A DNA stretch of 64,000 nt from Clostridia bacterium (GCA_017407225.1 JAFQWY010000128.1:15365-79364); one strand, 5' to 3'. Counted from the stretch's first letter, positions 44,621-54,059 are shown. The notes: generated from the letters alone by a model not told the origin. Numbers and translations are program-made.

Positions 44621-45466
44621 TTATCTCGCGCTTCGACGGTATTTGACCGGGGAGGTTCCGGTGAAGCCTTTGAACTGACGGATGAAGTGGGTCAGATTAT
44701 TGTAGCCCAGGGATTCCGCGATGACGGATACCGGATCAGATGTGAACAGGAGCGCGTTCTTTGCCGCGTCAATTCTGGCGCGGATCAGGTCATCCATAGG
44801 AGAGTTTTCGTAAACTGTGCGATACACACTGTAAAAACGGGATTCGCTGAAACCTACCCGGGATGCCATTTCCGCTACCGTCCACGGATGGGAGAGCGTA
44901 AGGAACATATCACTGCGGAGAGCACGGAGACGTTCTACGGTAGCAGGATCCACATACATTTCATTCTCTCCGGATACAGTCCGGGAAAGCCGGCAGAACA
45001 GCTCACGGATTTTTGCATCCAGCAGATCCTCGCGGCCGGGTTTGCTTCCGAAGAATTCGATTTCCATTTCCTGCACAATTCCGGTGAGAAAATCACTTCT
45101 GCGGGGATAAAGCAGGGTATCTGCCTGCAGATTCAGCCGGTTCAGCATATTATCCAGCTCGCTGTCTCCGGAAAAATGGAACCAGTCGTGGGTCATAGCT
45201 GTCCGGCAATAAAAATGCTGGGGTGTTCCCGGACGGTAGAGAATGCAGGTGTGCTCAGGAATGTCGGTAGTTTCTCCGTTCAGGGTGATTTCCACTCCGC
45301 TGATGAAGTGGACGAAGGAATAGTTGTAATACCCTGCGGGACGGGACAGACAGAAGCCTGCTTTTACCGGCCATGCGTGACGGATTCCGGTGACTGTTAA
45401 CAAATGACAGCCCCCCTTCTTTTGTGCTGTTACATTCAGTATATCACACGCGGTAGGATATGTCAA
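44621..45466 (-). CDS. AraC/XylS-family transcriptional regulator
   Basis: N-terminal cupin-like sensor. The C-terminus has two HTH motifs (...ESLGYNNLTHFIRQFKGFTGTSPVKYR). TTG start preceded by AAGGTGA. Confidence 0.85.
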   Translation of the reverse strand: MTYPTACDILNVTAQKKGGCHLLTVTGIRHAWPVKAGFCLSRPAGYYNYSFVHFISGVEITLNGETTDIPEHTCILYRPGTPQHFYCRTAMTHDWFHFSGDSELDNMLNRLNLQADTLLYPRRSDFLTGIVQEMEIEFFGSKPGREDLLDAKIRELFCRLSRTVSGENEMYVDPATVERLRALRSDMFLTLSHPWTVAEMASRVGFSESRFYSVYRTVYENSPMDDLIRARIDAAKNALLFTSDPVSVIAESLGYNNLTHFIRQFKGFTGTSPVKYRRSAR

Positions 45467-45486
45467 CTTTATTTCACCTTATGTTA

Positions 45487-45515
45487 TTGAAATATTTCCC
45501 TTCACTAGTTATAAT
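45487..45515 (+). promoter_or_regulatory. Sigma-A-type promoter of the first URO-D-family gene
   Basis: TTGAAA-17 nt-TATAAT. The -10 is embedded in the inverted repeat GTTATA-N9-TATAAC. Confidence 0.6.
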
Positions 45516-45555
45516 GTAACTGTATAACAATGTCAGAAACAAAGGAGACTATCTT

Positions 45556-46761
45556 ATGACATCCAGAGAAAGAGTACGTGCGGTATTGAACCATCAGCTT
45601 CCCGACCGGGTACCCAACGGTCTCGGCGGCTGTGAAACCGAAGGCCTGCACATCGTGGCTTACGGGAATCTGCAGAAGGTTCTGGGCGTGAACGGACTTC
45701 CTCCCAGACTGGACACCTTCATGACCAACGCTGTATTTGAAGAAGACGTGATCGCAGCCATGGACGGGGATATTATCCTGCTGGCCTCCCCCAGAATGTG
45801 CCCGAGCAGACTGAGAAGCTATCCGGAAGAACAGTGGAAGGAGCAGGTACTGTGGGGAAAGACTTTCCGCGTACCCGTCCGTGAAAGATTCCGTGAAGAA
45901 CCCGACGGCACCATTGTCTGGGAGACCGCCGGAAACGCAATCTGCCCGCCCGGAATGTTCTTCTTCGATCACAAGGGATACACCGATCTGACCGCGGAAT
46001 TCGATGTGCCGGATCCGGATAAATTCCATCCCTATGATACCCTGAACGACGATCTGCTCCGCCATCTGGAGGATGCGGCAAAGGATCTGTACGAGAGAAC
46101 CGATCTTTCCATCTGTCTCGGCGAAACCATCACCGATTTGCAGATTGCTCCCGGCGGCATGATCGGCTCCATGGTTCTGATGATGGAGGAACCGGAAGTG
46201 ATGCAGGCTCTGCTTGACAAATGCGCCGATGCCGGACTGAAGCAAATTGAGCTTCTGGATCAGGCAGTGGGCAAGTATGTTGACATTCTCTCCATCGCAC
46301 ACGATTTCGGCGACAACCGTTCTGTGACCATCGGCGAGCATCTGTGGCGGGAGATCTACAAGGATTCCTACAAAAAGCTGTTCACCGGCTGGCAGAAGCG
46401 CACGAATATGAAGGTCAACCTCCACTCCTGCGGCTCCGTAGATACCATTCTGCCCGATCTGATCGAATGCGGCCTGCAGGTGTTCAATCCCGTACAGACT
46501 TCTGCAGCCGGCATGGGTGCGGCATCCCTCAAGGAACGGTTCGGCAAGGATGTGGTATTCTGGGGCGGTGCATACGATGCACAGCTGATCTCCACCGACA
46601 TGGATTACGATGCGGTATACCGTGCAGTTTACAACAACGTGAAGGTTCTGGGCGAGGGCGGCAATTTCATCTTCTCCGGTGTTCACAATCTTCCCGCAAC
46701 CCTGCCGGAATCCCATCTGAAGGCAATGATCGACGCTTACCGCGATGCACGGCAGTATTGA
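45556..46761 (+). CDS. Uroporphyrinogen-decarboxylase (URO-D) family protein
   Basis: 401 aa. The N-terminus SRERVRAVLNHQLPDRVP is typical of URO-D/methyltransferase-like TIM barrels. RBS AAGGAG. Confidence 0.75.
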   Translation: MTSRERVRAVLNHQLPDRVPNGLGGCETEGLHIVAYGNLQKVLGVNGLPPRLDTFMTNAVFEEDVIAAMDGDIILLASPRMCPSRLRSYPEEQWKEQVLWGKTFRVPVRERFREEPDGTIVWETAGNAICPPGMFFFDHKGYTDLTAEFDVPDPDKFHPYDTLNDDLLRHLEDAAKDLYERTDLSICLGETITDLQIAPGGMIGSMVLMMEEPEVMQALLDKCADAGLKQIELLDQAVGKYVDILSIAHDFGDNRSVTIGEHLWREIYKDSYKKLFTGWQKRTNMKVNLHSCGSVDTILPDLIECGLQVFNPVQTSAAGMGAASLKERFGKDVVFWGGAYDAQLISTDMDYDAVYRAVYNNVKVLGEGGNFIFSGVHNLPATLPESHLKAMIDAYRDARQY

Positions 46762-46782
46762 TTCCCGAAAGAACAACAGTAG

Positions 46783-46836
46783 ATTTTTGCTCTTTTCTTG
46801 ACATAAAAAGCGGATTTTCTGCTCCTTTCTTGACAT
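46783..46836 (+). repeat. Imperfect direct repeat of about 24 nt duplicating the -35 region (candidate AraC-family binding sites)
   Basis: GATTTTTGCTCTTTTCTTGACAT and GATTTTCTGCTCCTTTCTTGACAT. The 16-nt cores at 46789..46804 and 46821..46836 are 32 nt apart. Confidence 0.75.
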
Positions 46837-46858
46837 GACGGGACGATTCCGTTATAAT
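46830..46858 (+). promoter_or_regulatory. Sigma-A-type promoter of the second URO-D-family gene / M20 amidohydrolase
   Basis: TTGACA-17 nt-TATAAT. The -35 lies inside the second copy of a 24-nt direct repeat. Confidence 0.65.
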
Positions 46859-46890
46859 AGGAACAAAAAATCCGTGGAAGGAGATTTCAT

Positions 46891-47901
46891 ATGAACAAAA
46901 ATATGCGTAAATGGCTGAACGATCAGCTTACTTCCCCCGTAAAGAAGGCGATGCCCCTTTTGTCCGCACCTTCCTGCCAGCTCATCGGCATGGAACTGGA
47001 CGAAATGATCGCATCCGCCGATCTGCAGGCTCAGGCTCTGGCAAAACTGGCAGAACGCACCGATTCCTCCGCGCTGATCTGCATGATGGACCTGTCCGTG
47101 GAAGCGGAAGCATTCGGCTCCGAAATCCGCGCAGGGGAAGGCGAAGTTCCCACCGTTGTCGGCCACATCGTGGAGGATGAAGACGACGCGGATGCCCTGG
47201 AAGTACCCGAAGTGGGCGCAGGACGTACCGGAATCTACGTGGATACCGTGAAGAAGCTCAGCGGAATGGTTACCGATAAGCCCATTTTCGCAGGTGCCAT
47301 CGGCCCGTTCTCCCTGGCGGCACGTCTGACCGAAGTGACAGAGATCATGTATCTCTGCTACGACGAACCCGACGCGGTTCACAAGGTTATGGAAAAGGTT
47401 ACCGATTTCCTCATCGCGTACTGCCTGGCATTCAAGGAAGCCGGTGCCGACGGTATTGCGCTTGCCGAACCTGTGACGGGACTTCTGTCTCCTGCACTGG
47501 CGGAAGAATTCTCCGAACCCTACGTGAAGAAGCTGGCGGATGCGGTGAAGTCCGACGATTTCCTGTTCATCTACCACAACTGCGGCAACGGCACCATCGA
47601 CATGATCGACTCCATTCTCCGTGTGGGCGCGGATGCCTACCACTTCGGCAACGCCATCGACATGAAGAAGATGATGGAAGTGTGCCCGGCGGATACCGTC
47701 ATCATGGGAAACATCGACCCGGCAGGGGAATTCAAGGGCGGAACTCCGGAGTCCATCCGCAAGGCGACCCTCGATCTGATGGAAAAATGCACCGTACATC
47801 CCAACTTCGTCATCTCCTCCGGATGCGACATCCCTGCGAAGGCTCCCTTTGAAAACATCGACGCCTTTTTTGCGGCTGTCAGCGAATTTTACTCAAAATA
47901 A
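46891..47901 (+). CDS. URO-D family protein, MtaA/CmuA-like methyltransferase type
   Basis: 336 aa. URO-D fold pattern (...MDLSVEAEAFG..., HNCGN, SSGCDIP). RBS GGAAGGAG. Confidence 0.75.
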   Translation: MNKNMRKWLNDQLTSPVKKAMPLLSAPSCQLIGMELDEMIASADLQAQALAKLAERTDSSALICMMDLSVEAEAFGSEIRAGEGEVPTVVGHIVEDEDDADALEVPEVGAGRTGIYVDTVKKLSGMVTDKPIFAGAIGPFSLAARLTEVTEIMYLCYDEPDAVHKVMEKVTDFLIAYCLAFKEAGADGIALAEPVTGLLSPALAEEFSEPYVKKLADAVKSDDFLFIYHNCGNGTIDMIDSILRVGADAYHFGNAIDMKKMMEVCPADTVIMGNIDPAGEFKGGTPESIRKATLDLMEKCTVHPNFVISSGCDIPAKAPFENIDAFFAAVSEFYSK

Positions 47902-47925
47902 ATCTAAGGATTACAGGAGGCTCAT

Positions 47926-49254
47926 ATGCAGAGAATCATCGGCGCAGTGGAAAAATACCGTGATCTGATTCTGGAAGCGGAGCGGTTTGTCTGGGCGCAT
48001 CCCGAGACCGGCTTCAAGGAAACGGTCACATCCGGTTACATGGCGGGAAAATTCCGTGAACTGGGATACGAACTGACCATGGCGGAAGGCATCACAGGCT
48101 TCTATACCGTGATCGATACCGGACGCCCCGGTCCCGAGGTGCTGGTGCTGGGCGAGCTGGACTCCATTATCTGTCCCGCCCACAAGGATGCCGATCCCGT
48201 GACAGGGGCTGTGCATTCCTGCGGTCACAATGCACAGTGCGCGGCTCTTCTGGGCGTGGCGGCGGCATTGACCGAACCGGGAATTCTGGATGAACTGAGC
48301 GGCCGGATCCGGCTGTGCGCGGTGCCTGCCGAAGAGCTTCTGGAAATCGAATACCGTGGTAAACTGCGGGATCAGGGAAAGATCAAATACTTCGGCGGCA
48401 AGACGGAATTTCTGCACCGTGGATACTTCGACGGCGTGGATCTGGCATTCATGGTTCACACCTCCGGCAGTTATTCCGTGACAGGCGGTTCCGTGGGATG
48501 CATGTCCAAGAAAATCATCTACAAGGGTACTGCGGCTCATGCGGGCGGAAGTCCGTGGTCCGGCAGAAATGCACTTTACGCGGCTACCTGCGGCATCAAC
48601 GCGGTCAACGCCATCCGTGAAACCTTCGCGGAGCCGGACATCATCCGAGTGCATCCCATCATCACCCACGGCGGCGATATGGTAAATGCCATTCCCGAAA
48701 CGGTGACGCTGGAAAGCTACGTCCGCGGCAGCAGTTTCGATGCCATCGTGAAGGCCAACAAGAAGGTCAACCGCGCTCTCACCGGTGCGGCATATTCCAT
48801 CGGCACCAATATCGAGATCGTGGATGCTCCCGGATACGGTCCTCTCCACAATGACCGACAGATGATGAAGGTGGCGGAAGATGCGGCGAAGCTGGTTCTA
48901 CCGGATTACTCCTTCGGTTCCAGCAATCACATCGGCTCCGGCAGTACGGACATGGGCGACCTGTCTGCGATCATGCCGGTGGTGCATCCCTACAGCGGCG
49001 GTGCAAGAGGCAAGGGACACGGCAACGACTACGAAATTGTGGATCCCGTGGCTGCCTGCGTGGACTGTGCCAAGTGGCAGGTTGCCATGCTGACTCTGCT
49101 CCTGAAGGACGGCGGCGCACTGGGGACGAAGATCGCGGCGGAATACGATGCACCCTTCAAATCCAAAGAAGAATACCTCGCCTATATCGATGCGCTGAAC
49201 TGCGAAGGCGACCGGATCGAATACCGCGAGGACGGTACGGCGGTTCTGAAATAA
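47926..49254 (+). CDS. M20D-family amidohydrolase
   Basis: 442 aa. HPETGF, HSCGHNAQ and EE metal-ligand motifs. RBS AGGAGG. Confidence 0.85.
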   Translation: MQRIIGAVEKYRDLILEAERFVWAHPETGFKETVTSGYMAGKFRELGYELTMAEGITGFYTVIDTGRPGPEVLVLGELDSIICPAHKDADPVTGAVHSCGHNAQCAALLGVAAALTEPGILDELSGRIRLCAVPAEELLEIEYRGKLRDQGKIKYFGGKTEFLHRGYFDGVDLAFMVHTSGSYSVTGGSVGCMSKKIIYKGTAAHAGGSPWSGRNALYAATCGINAVNAIRETFAEPDIIRVHPIITHGGDMVNAIPETVTLESYVRGSSFDAIVKANKKVNRALTGAAYSIGTNIEIVDAPGYGPLHNDRQMMKVAEDAAKLVLPDYSFGSSNHIGSGSTDMGDLSAIMPVVHPYSGGARGKGHGNDYEIVDPVAACVDCAKWQVAMLTLLLKDGGALGTKIAAEYDAPFKSKEEYLAYIDALNCEGDRIEYREDGTAVLK

Positions 49255-49264
49255 ATATTCTGAA

Positions 49265-49297
49265 ATCACTTCTCACAAACGGGGAGTGATTTTTTTA
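49265..49297 (+). terminator. Intrinsic terminator after the M20 amidohydrolase gene
   Basis: ATCACTTCTC ... GGGGAGTGAT stem (two G-U pairs) followed by T7. Confidence 0.75.
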
Positions 49298-49357
49298 TGC
49301 TGTCCGGTAAATTTTACCGATATATATGACGGAATTGTAAACAACACATTTAACCTA

Positions 49358-49386
49358 TTGACATGGTAGGTAGAATGTGCTATAAT
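49358..49386 (+). promoter_or_regulatory. Sigma-A-type promoter of nifS-nifU-rrf2
   Basis: TTGACA-17 nt-TATAAT. GGTAGGTA motifs lie at 49365..49372 and 49405..49412. Confidence 0.65.
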
Positions 49387-49463
49387 ACAGATACCAACCA
49401 AGGTGGTAGGTAAAAAATAAAAACAACTTCCATACAGATACAATCCCATGAGAGGAGAACACT

Positions 49464-50654
49464 ATGATTTATCTTGACAATGCCGCGACCACGAAAATGA
49501 GCAGACACGCCATTGACGCGATGATTCCTTATATGAACGAGATTTACGGCAATCCTTCCAGTCTTCACAGCGCCGGACAGCTGGCGAAGGAGGCTCTGGA
49601 AGAAGCAAGAGCACGGATCGCAAAGGTGCTGGGTGCGGAACCCCGGGAAATCACTTTCACCTCCGGCGGGAGTGAGGCGGACAATCAGGCAATCCTCTCC
49701 GCTGCCCGGACAGGTGAGAAAAAAGGGAAGCGGCACATTATTTCAACGGCATTTGAGCATCACGCAGTGCTCCATACTCTCGACAAATTGAAGAAGGAAG
49801 GCTTTGAAATCACTCTCCTCGATGTCCATGAAAACGGTCTGGTGACAGCGGAGCAGGTGGGGGAGGCCATCCGGGATGACACTGCACTTGTGACGGTGAT
49901 GTTCGCCAACAACGAAGTCGGCACCGTTCAGCCCGTGGAAGAAATCGGAAGGATCTGCCGGGAACGGGGCGTGCTGTTCCACACCGATGCGGTTCAGGCG
50001 GCAGGACATCTGCACATAGATGTAAAGAAGCAGAATATCGATATGCTGTCCCTGTCGGCACACAAATTCCACGGACCCAAGGGCATCGGTGTTCTGTATG
50101 CGAAACGGGGCATCCGGCTTGAGAACATCATCGAAGGCGGCGCACAGGAACGCGGAAAACGCGGCGGTACCGAAAATATCCCGGCGATCATGGGTATGGC
50201 ACGGGCACTGGAGGAGGCGGCGGCTCACCTGGATGAAAATTCTGCAAAGATGACCGCATTGCGTGACCGCCTTATCGCAGGGCTGGCTGAAATTCCCCAC
50301 GCGGTGCTCAACGGCGACAGGGAACACCGGCTGCCGAACAATGTGAGCTTCTGCTTCGAAGGCATCGAGGGTGAATCCCTCCTGCTCCTTTTGGATGACA
50401 AAGGAATCGCCGCATCGTCCGGTTCCGCCTGCACTTCCGGGTCGCTGGATCCCAGCCATGTGCTTCTGGCCATCGGCAGACCTCACGAGATCGCACACGG
50501 ATCCCTGCGGCTGACCCTTTCCCACGAAACCACCGAAGAAGAAATCGACAAAACCATCGCAGCGGTAAAGGATGTGGTGGCATATCTGAGAAGCATTTCC
50601 CCCGTATGGCGGGATCTGGAATCCGGCAAACAGAAATTCATCACTGCCGCATGA
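49464..50654 (+). CDS. nifS: Cysteine desulfurase, NifS type
   Basis: IYLDNAATT. PLP Lys in SLSAHKFHGPKG. Active-site SSGSACTS. Confidence 0.9.
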   Translation: MIYLDNAATTKMSRHAIDAMIPYMNEIYGNPSSLHSAGQLAKEALEEARARIAKVLGAEPREITFTSGGSEADNQAILSAARTGEKKGKRHIISTAFEHHAVLHTLDKLKKEGFEITLLDVHENGLVTAEQVGEAIRDDTALVTVMFANNEVGTVQPVEEIGRICRERGVLFHTDAVQAAGHLHIDVKKQNIDMLSLSAHKFHGPKGIGVLYAKRGIRLENIIEGGAQERGKRGGTENIPAIMGMARALEEAAAHLDENSAKMTALRDRLIAGLAEIPHAVLNGDREHRLPNNVSFCFEGIEGESLLLLLDDKGIAASSGSACTSGSLDPSHVLLAIGRPHEIAHGSLRLTLSHETTEEEIDKTIAAVKDVVAYLRSISPVWRDLESGKQKFITAA

Positions 50655-50724
50655 TCCCGGAGCGGGAATAATCAATCTTCATTATTTATATAAACAGATT
50701 TACAGAAAATTCAGGAGGAAGACT

Positions 50725-51144
50725 ATGGCTCTCTACAGTGAAAAGGTAATGGATCATTTCCGCAATCCCAGAAATATCGGCATCATCGAAGACGCGGACG
50801 GCATCGGTGAAGTAGGCAACGCCAAGTGCGGCGACATCATGAAAATTTATCTGAAAATCGAGGACGATGTAGTGACGGACGTAAAGTTCGAGACCTTCGG
50901 CTGCGGCAGTGCCATTGCATCCAGTTCCATGGCAACCGAGCTGATCAAGGGAAAGCCCGTCTCCGAAGCACTGGAACTGTCCAACAAGGCGGTGGCGGAA
51001 GCTCTGGACGGACTGCCGGCACACAAAATGCACTGCTCCGTTCTGGCGGAAGCGGCAATCCGCAATGCAGTGAAGGACTATTTCGACAGAAACGGCATCA
51101 CCTATGATCCGGAGCTGTTCCCGGAAGTGGAGGAAGACCATTGA
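50725..51144 (+). CDS. nifU: Fe-S cluster assembly scaffold (NifU/IscU N-terminal-domain type)
   Basis: 139 aa with three conserved Cys (NAKCGD, FGCGSAIA, HCS). Confidence 0.9.
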   Translation: MALYSEKVMDHFRNPRNIGIIEDADGIGEVGNAKCGDIMKIYLKIEDDVVTDVKFETFGCGSAIASSSMATELIKGKPVSEALELSNKAVAEALDGLPAHKMHCSVLAEAAIRNAVKDYFDRNGITYDPELFPEVEEDH

Positions 51145-51192
51145 TTTTGCCTGCCGGATATGATATACTGTCGGCAGATTCTGTAAGAGGAG

Positions 51193-51621
51193 GTGATTTC
51201 CATGCTGATTTCCACCCGCGGAAGATATGCCCTGCGCGTACTGCTGGATCTGGCAGAGCACGAACCGGACCGGTATATTCCCATGAAGGAAGTGGCGGAG
51301 CGGCAGGGATTGTCCCTGAAATATATGGAGCGGATCATGCCGGTGCTGGTGAAAAACGGGTATGTGACATGGATTCACGGCAAGGGCGGCGGATACCGTC
51401 TGGGAGGAGACCCGGCGCAGTTCCGTGTGGGAGATATTCTCAGGCTGACCGAAGGGGATCTGGCTCCCGTATCCTGTTCCGACTGTACGGAAGGGGGATG
51501 CGACCGTGCGGACAGCTGCCGGACACGGCCCTTGTGGACGGATCTGACCCGTCTGGTCAACGACTACCTGGACGGGATCACGCTGGCGGATCTGATGAAC
51601 GGCGGCTCCTCATTGCAATAA
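51193..51621 (+). CDS. Rrf2-family transcriptional regulator (IscR/CymR-like) with C-terminal Cys ligands
   Basis: MLISTRGRYALRVLLDLA wHTH. The Cys cluster SCSDCTEGGCDRADSC suggests Fe-S binding. Confidence 0.85.
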   Translation: MISMLISTRGRYALRVLLDLAEHEPDRYIPMKEVAERQGLSLKYMERIMPVLVKNGYVTWIHGKGGGYRLGGDPAQFRVGDILRLTEGDLAPVSCSDCTEGGCDRADSCRTRPLWTDLTRLVNDYLDGITLADLMNGGSSLQ

Positions 51622-51631
51622 ACATCATCTG

Positions 51632-51685
51632 ACCGCACCGTTCTTGCTGCCGGATTATCCGGTTCCGGAACGGTGTGGTTCTGCT
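51632..51685 (+). terminator. Hairpin after the rrf2-family gene (weak U-tract)
   Basis: ACCGCACCGTTC ... GAACGGTGTGGT stem with an inner CCGG-ATTA-TCCGG hairpin, followed by TCTGCTG. Confidence 0.45.
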
Positions 51686-51759
51686 GCCGGGTATTTCCGA
51701 GGATATGAATATTTATTACACGATGTTTAAAGATTCCGTCAAAAAGATTTCACCAAATA

Positions 51760-51788
51760 TTGACAAGCTTTCAAAAAAGATGTATACT
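51760..51788 (+). promoter_or_regulatory. Sigma-A-type promoter of the liv operon
   Basis: TTGACA-17 nt-TATACT. Confidence 0.6.
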
Positions 51789-51836
51789 GTATAGGTACAA
51801 AACATTCTGTACAGATCCTGATTGGAGGTTATGACA

Positions 51837-53000
51837 ATGAAAGCAACAAAAATTCTCTCCCTTGTACTTGCAGCTGTTCTCATGCTCGGTCTGTTCGCAG
51901 GCTGCGGTGCTGTGAATTATGCTGAAAACAATACCGAGTACGTGATCGGTGTATCCGGTCCCCTCACCGGCGGCGCTGCTATGTACGGCGTGGCTGTTGC
52001 AAATTCCGCTCAGATGGCAGTTGACGAAATCAACGAAGCCGGCGGTCTGAACGGCATTATGTTCAAGCTCATCGCAACCGACGATATGCACGATGCTACC
52101 AAGGTTGCAACCAACTACTCTTCCATGTACGAAGGCGGTATGCAGGTATCCCTCGGTACCGTTACCACCAACCCCGGTCTGGAATTCAAGAACCTGTCCC
52201 ACGACGACAACGTATTCTTCCTGACCCCTTCCGCATCCGGCGACAAGATTCCCGAATTCGATAACGGCTACCAGATGTGCTTCGCAGACGGCAACCAGGG
52301 TAAGGTAGCTGCCGAATACATCAATGAAAACTTCTCCGGCAAGACCATCGGCGTATTCTACAAGTCCGACGACCCGTACTCCAGCGGTATCTACTCCCAG
52401 TTCAAGACCAATCTGGATTCTTCTGTAACTGTAGTTGAAACCACCTTCACCGACGCAAACACCACCGACTTCTCCACCCAGATCGACACCCTCAAGGGCT
52501 GCGAATTCGTATTTATGCCCATCTACTATACTCCCGCTTCTCTCTTCATGATGCAGGGCAAGGATATCATGCTTCCTCACGCTGTATATTACGGCTGTGA
52601 CGGCTTCGACGGTATCGACAACGTAGACGGCTTCGACATCACTTCCATTCCTCAGGAAGTTACCATGCTGTCCCACTTCAACTCCAAGGCTACCGAAGGT
52701 GCTGCAAAGGCATTCATTGACAAGTACGTTGAAAAGTTCGGCGCAGATACCCTGAACCAGTTCGGTGCAGCTGCATATGACTGCGTATACGCAATCTTCA
52801 ATGCAATGAAGAAGGCAATCGACGAAGGCAAGGATATCCCCGTTACCATCAGCGCATCCGATCTGTGCGACATTCTCAAGGATCAGTTCAACGGCGGCTT
52901 CACCTACACGAACGGTGCTACCGGCGACAGCATCTCCTGGGAATCCACCGGTTATGTCAACAAGGGCGCAATCAAGTACGTCATCAAGGAAGCAAACTGA
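51837..53000 (+). CDS. Branched-chain amino acid ABC transporter substrate-binding lipoprotein (LivJ/K-like)
   Basis: Lipobox LGLFAGC. Type 1 periplasmic-binding fold pattern. GGAGG lies 8 nt upstream of ATG 51837. Confidence 0.85.
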   Translation: MKATKILSLVLAAVLMLGLFAGCGAVNYAENNTEYVIGVSGPLTGGAAMYGVAVANSAQMAVDEINEAGGLNGIMFKLIATDDMHDATKVATNYSSMYEGGMQVSLGTVTTNPGLEFKNLSHDDNVFFLTPSASGDKIPEFDNGYQMCFADGNQGKVAAEYINENFSGKTIGVFYKSDDPYSSGIYSQFKTNLDSSVTVVETTFTDANTTDFSTQIDTLKGCEFVFMPIYYTPASLFMMQGKDIMLPHAVYYGCDGFDGIDNVDGFDITSIPQEVTMLSHFNSKATEGAAKAFIDKYVEKFGADTLNQFGAAAYDCVYAIFNAMKKAIDEGKDIPVTISASDLCDILKDQFNGGFTYTNGATGDSISWESTGYVNKGAIKYVIKEAN

Positions 53001-53186
53001 GTGTCGGGAAGCCCCAACGGGCAGGCTCGGCGTTTTGGAGGCTAAGATCACAATTTGATCCCACGACCTTCCGCTGCGCTGATCTGTGCTGACATTCCCA
53101 ACATTTCTCATATTATTTGAACTATCGGCTGCATATATCGAGGGCTTCTCCGGTATATGCAGCTATGACTTATTACAGGTACAAAC

Positions 53187-54059
53187 ATGGAACTTATTTT
53201 ATCGACCCTGATCAACGGTCTGAGCCTCGGCGGCATCTATGCCATGATCGCGCTGGGGTATACCATGGTGTACGGCATTGCGAAAATGCTGAACTTTGCT
53301 CACGGCGATATCATCATGGTAGGCGGATACGTGATCTACGTGTTCATGGCACTGCACAATCCTCTGCTTGCAGTATTCATGGCCGTCGTTTTCTGCGTAC
53401 TTCTCGGTATGCTGATCGAAAAAGTGGCGTATAAACCTCTCCGCGGCGCATCTCCCCTGGCGGTTCTCATCACCGCAATCGGCGTCAGCTATCTGCTCCA
53501 GAGCCTTGCCCAGATCATTTTCGGCTCCGCAAACAAGATGGTCACCGTTTACGACTTCGGTTCCATCAAGTTCCTGGGCGTGACCGTACAGGTATCCGCT
53601 CTGGTAACACTGGCAGTCACCATTGTTGTCATGATTGCCCTGACTCTGTTCGTCAAATGCACCCGTCTCGGACGCGCCATGATTGCTGTATCCGAAGACA
53701 AGGGCGCCGCACAGCTGATGGGCATCAACGTGAATAAGATTATCACTATCACCTTCGCCATCGGTTCCGCCCTTGCTGCACTGGCAGGCCTGTTCTATCT
53801 GCTCAAGGCTCCCAGCATCTCCAGCACTTTGGGTGCCATGCCCGGCATCAAGGCGTTCACCGCAGCCGTCATCGGCGGTATCGGCTCCATCCCCGGCGCA
53901 ATGCTCGGCGGTATCCTGCTGGGCATCGTGGAATCTATTTCCTACAAAATTACCGCAATCGCACCCTATACCGACGCCATCGAATTCTCCATTCTGATCA
54001 TCATTCTTCTGGTCAGACCCACCGGCTTCCTCGGTAAGAAAAGGAGGGAAAAGGTATGA
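53187..54059 (+). CDS. livH: Branched-chain amino acid ABC permease
   Basis: 290-aa polytopic LivH pattern (LNFAHGD, GIGSIPGA). Confidence 0.85.
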   Translation: MELILSTLINGLSLGGIYAMIALGYTMVYGIAKMLNFAHGDIIMVGGYVIYVFMALHNPLLAVFMAVVFCVLLGMLIEKVAYKPLRGASPLAVLITAIGVSYLLQSLAQIIFGSANKMVTVYDFGSIKFLGVTVQVSALVTLAVTIVVMIALTLFVKCTRLGRAMIAVSEDKGAAQLMGINVNKIITITFAIGSALAALAGLFYLLKAPSISSTLGAMPGIKAFTAAVIGGIGSIPGAMLGGILLGIVESISYKITAIAPYTDAIEFSILIIILLVRPTGFLGKKRREKV

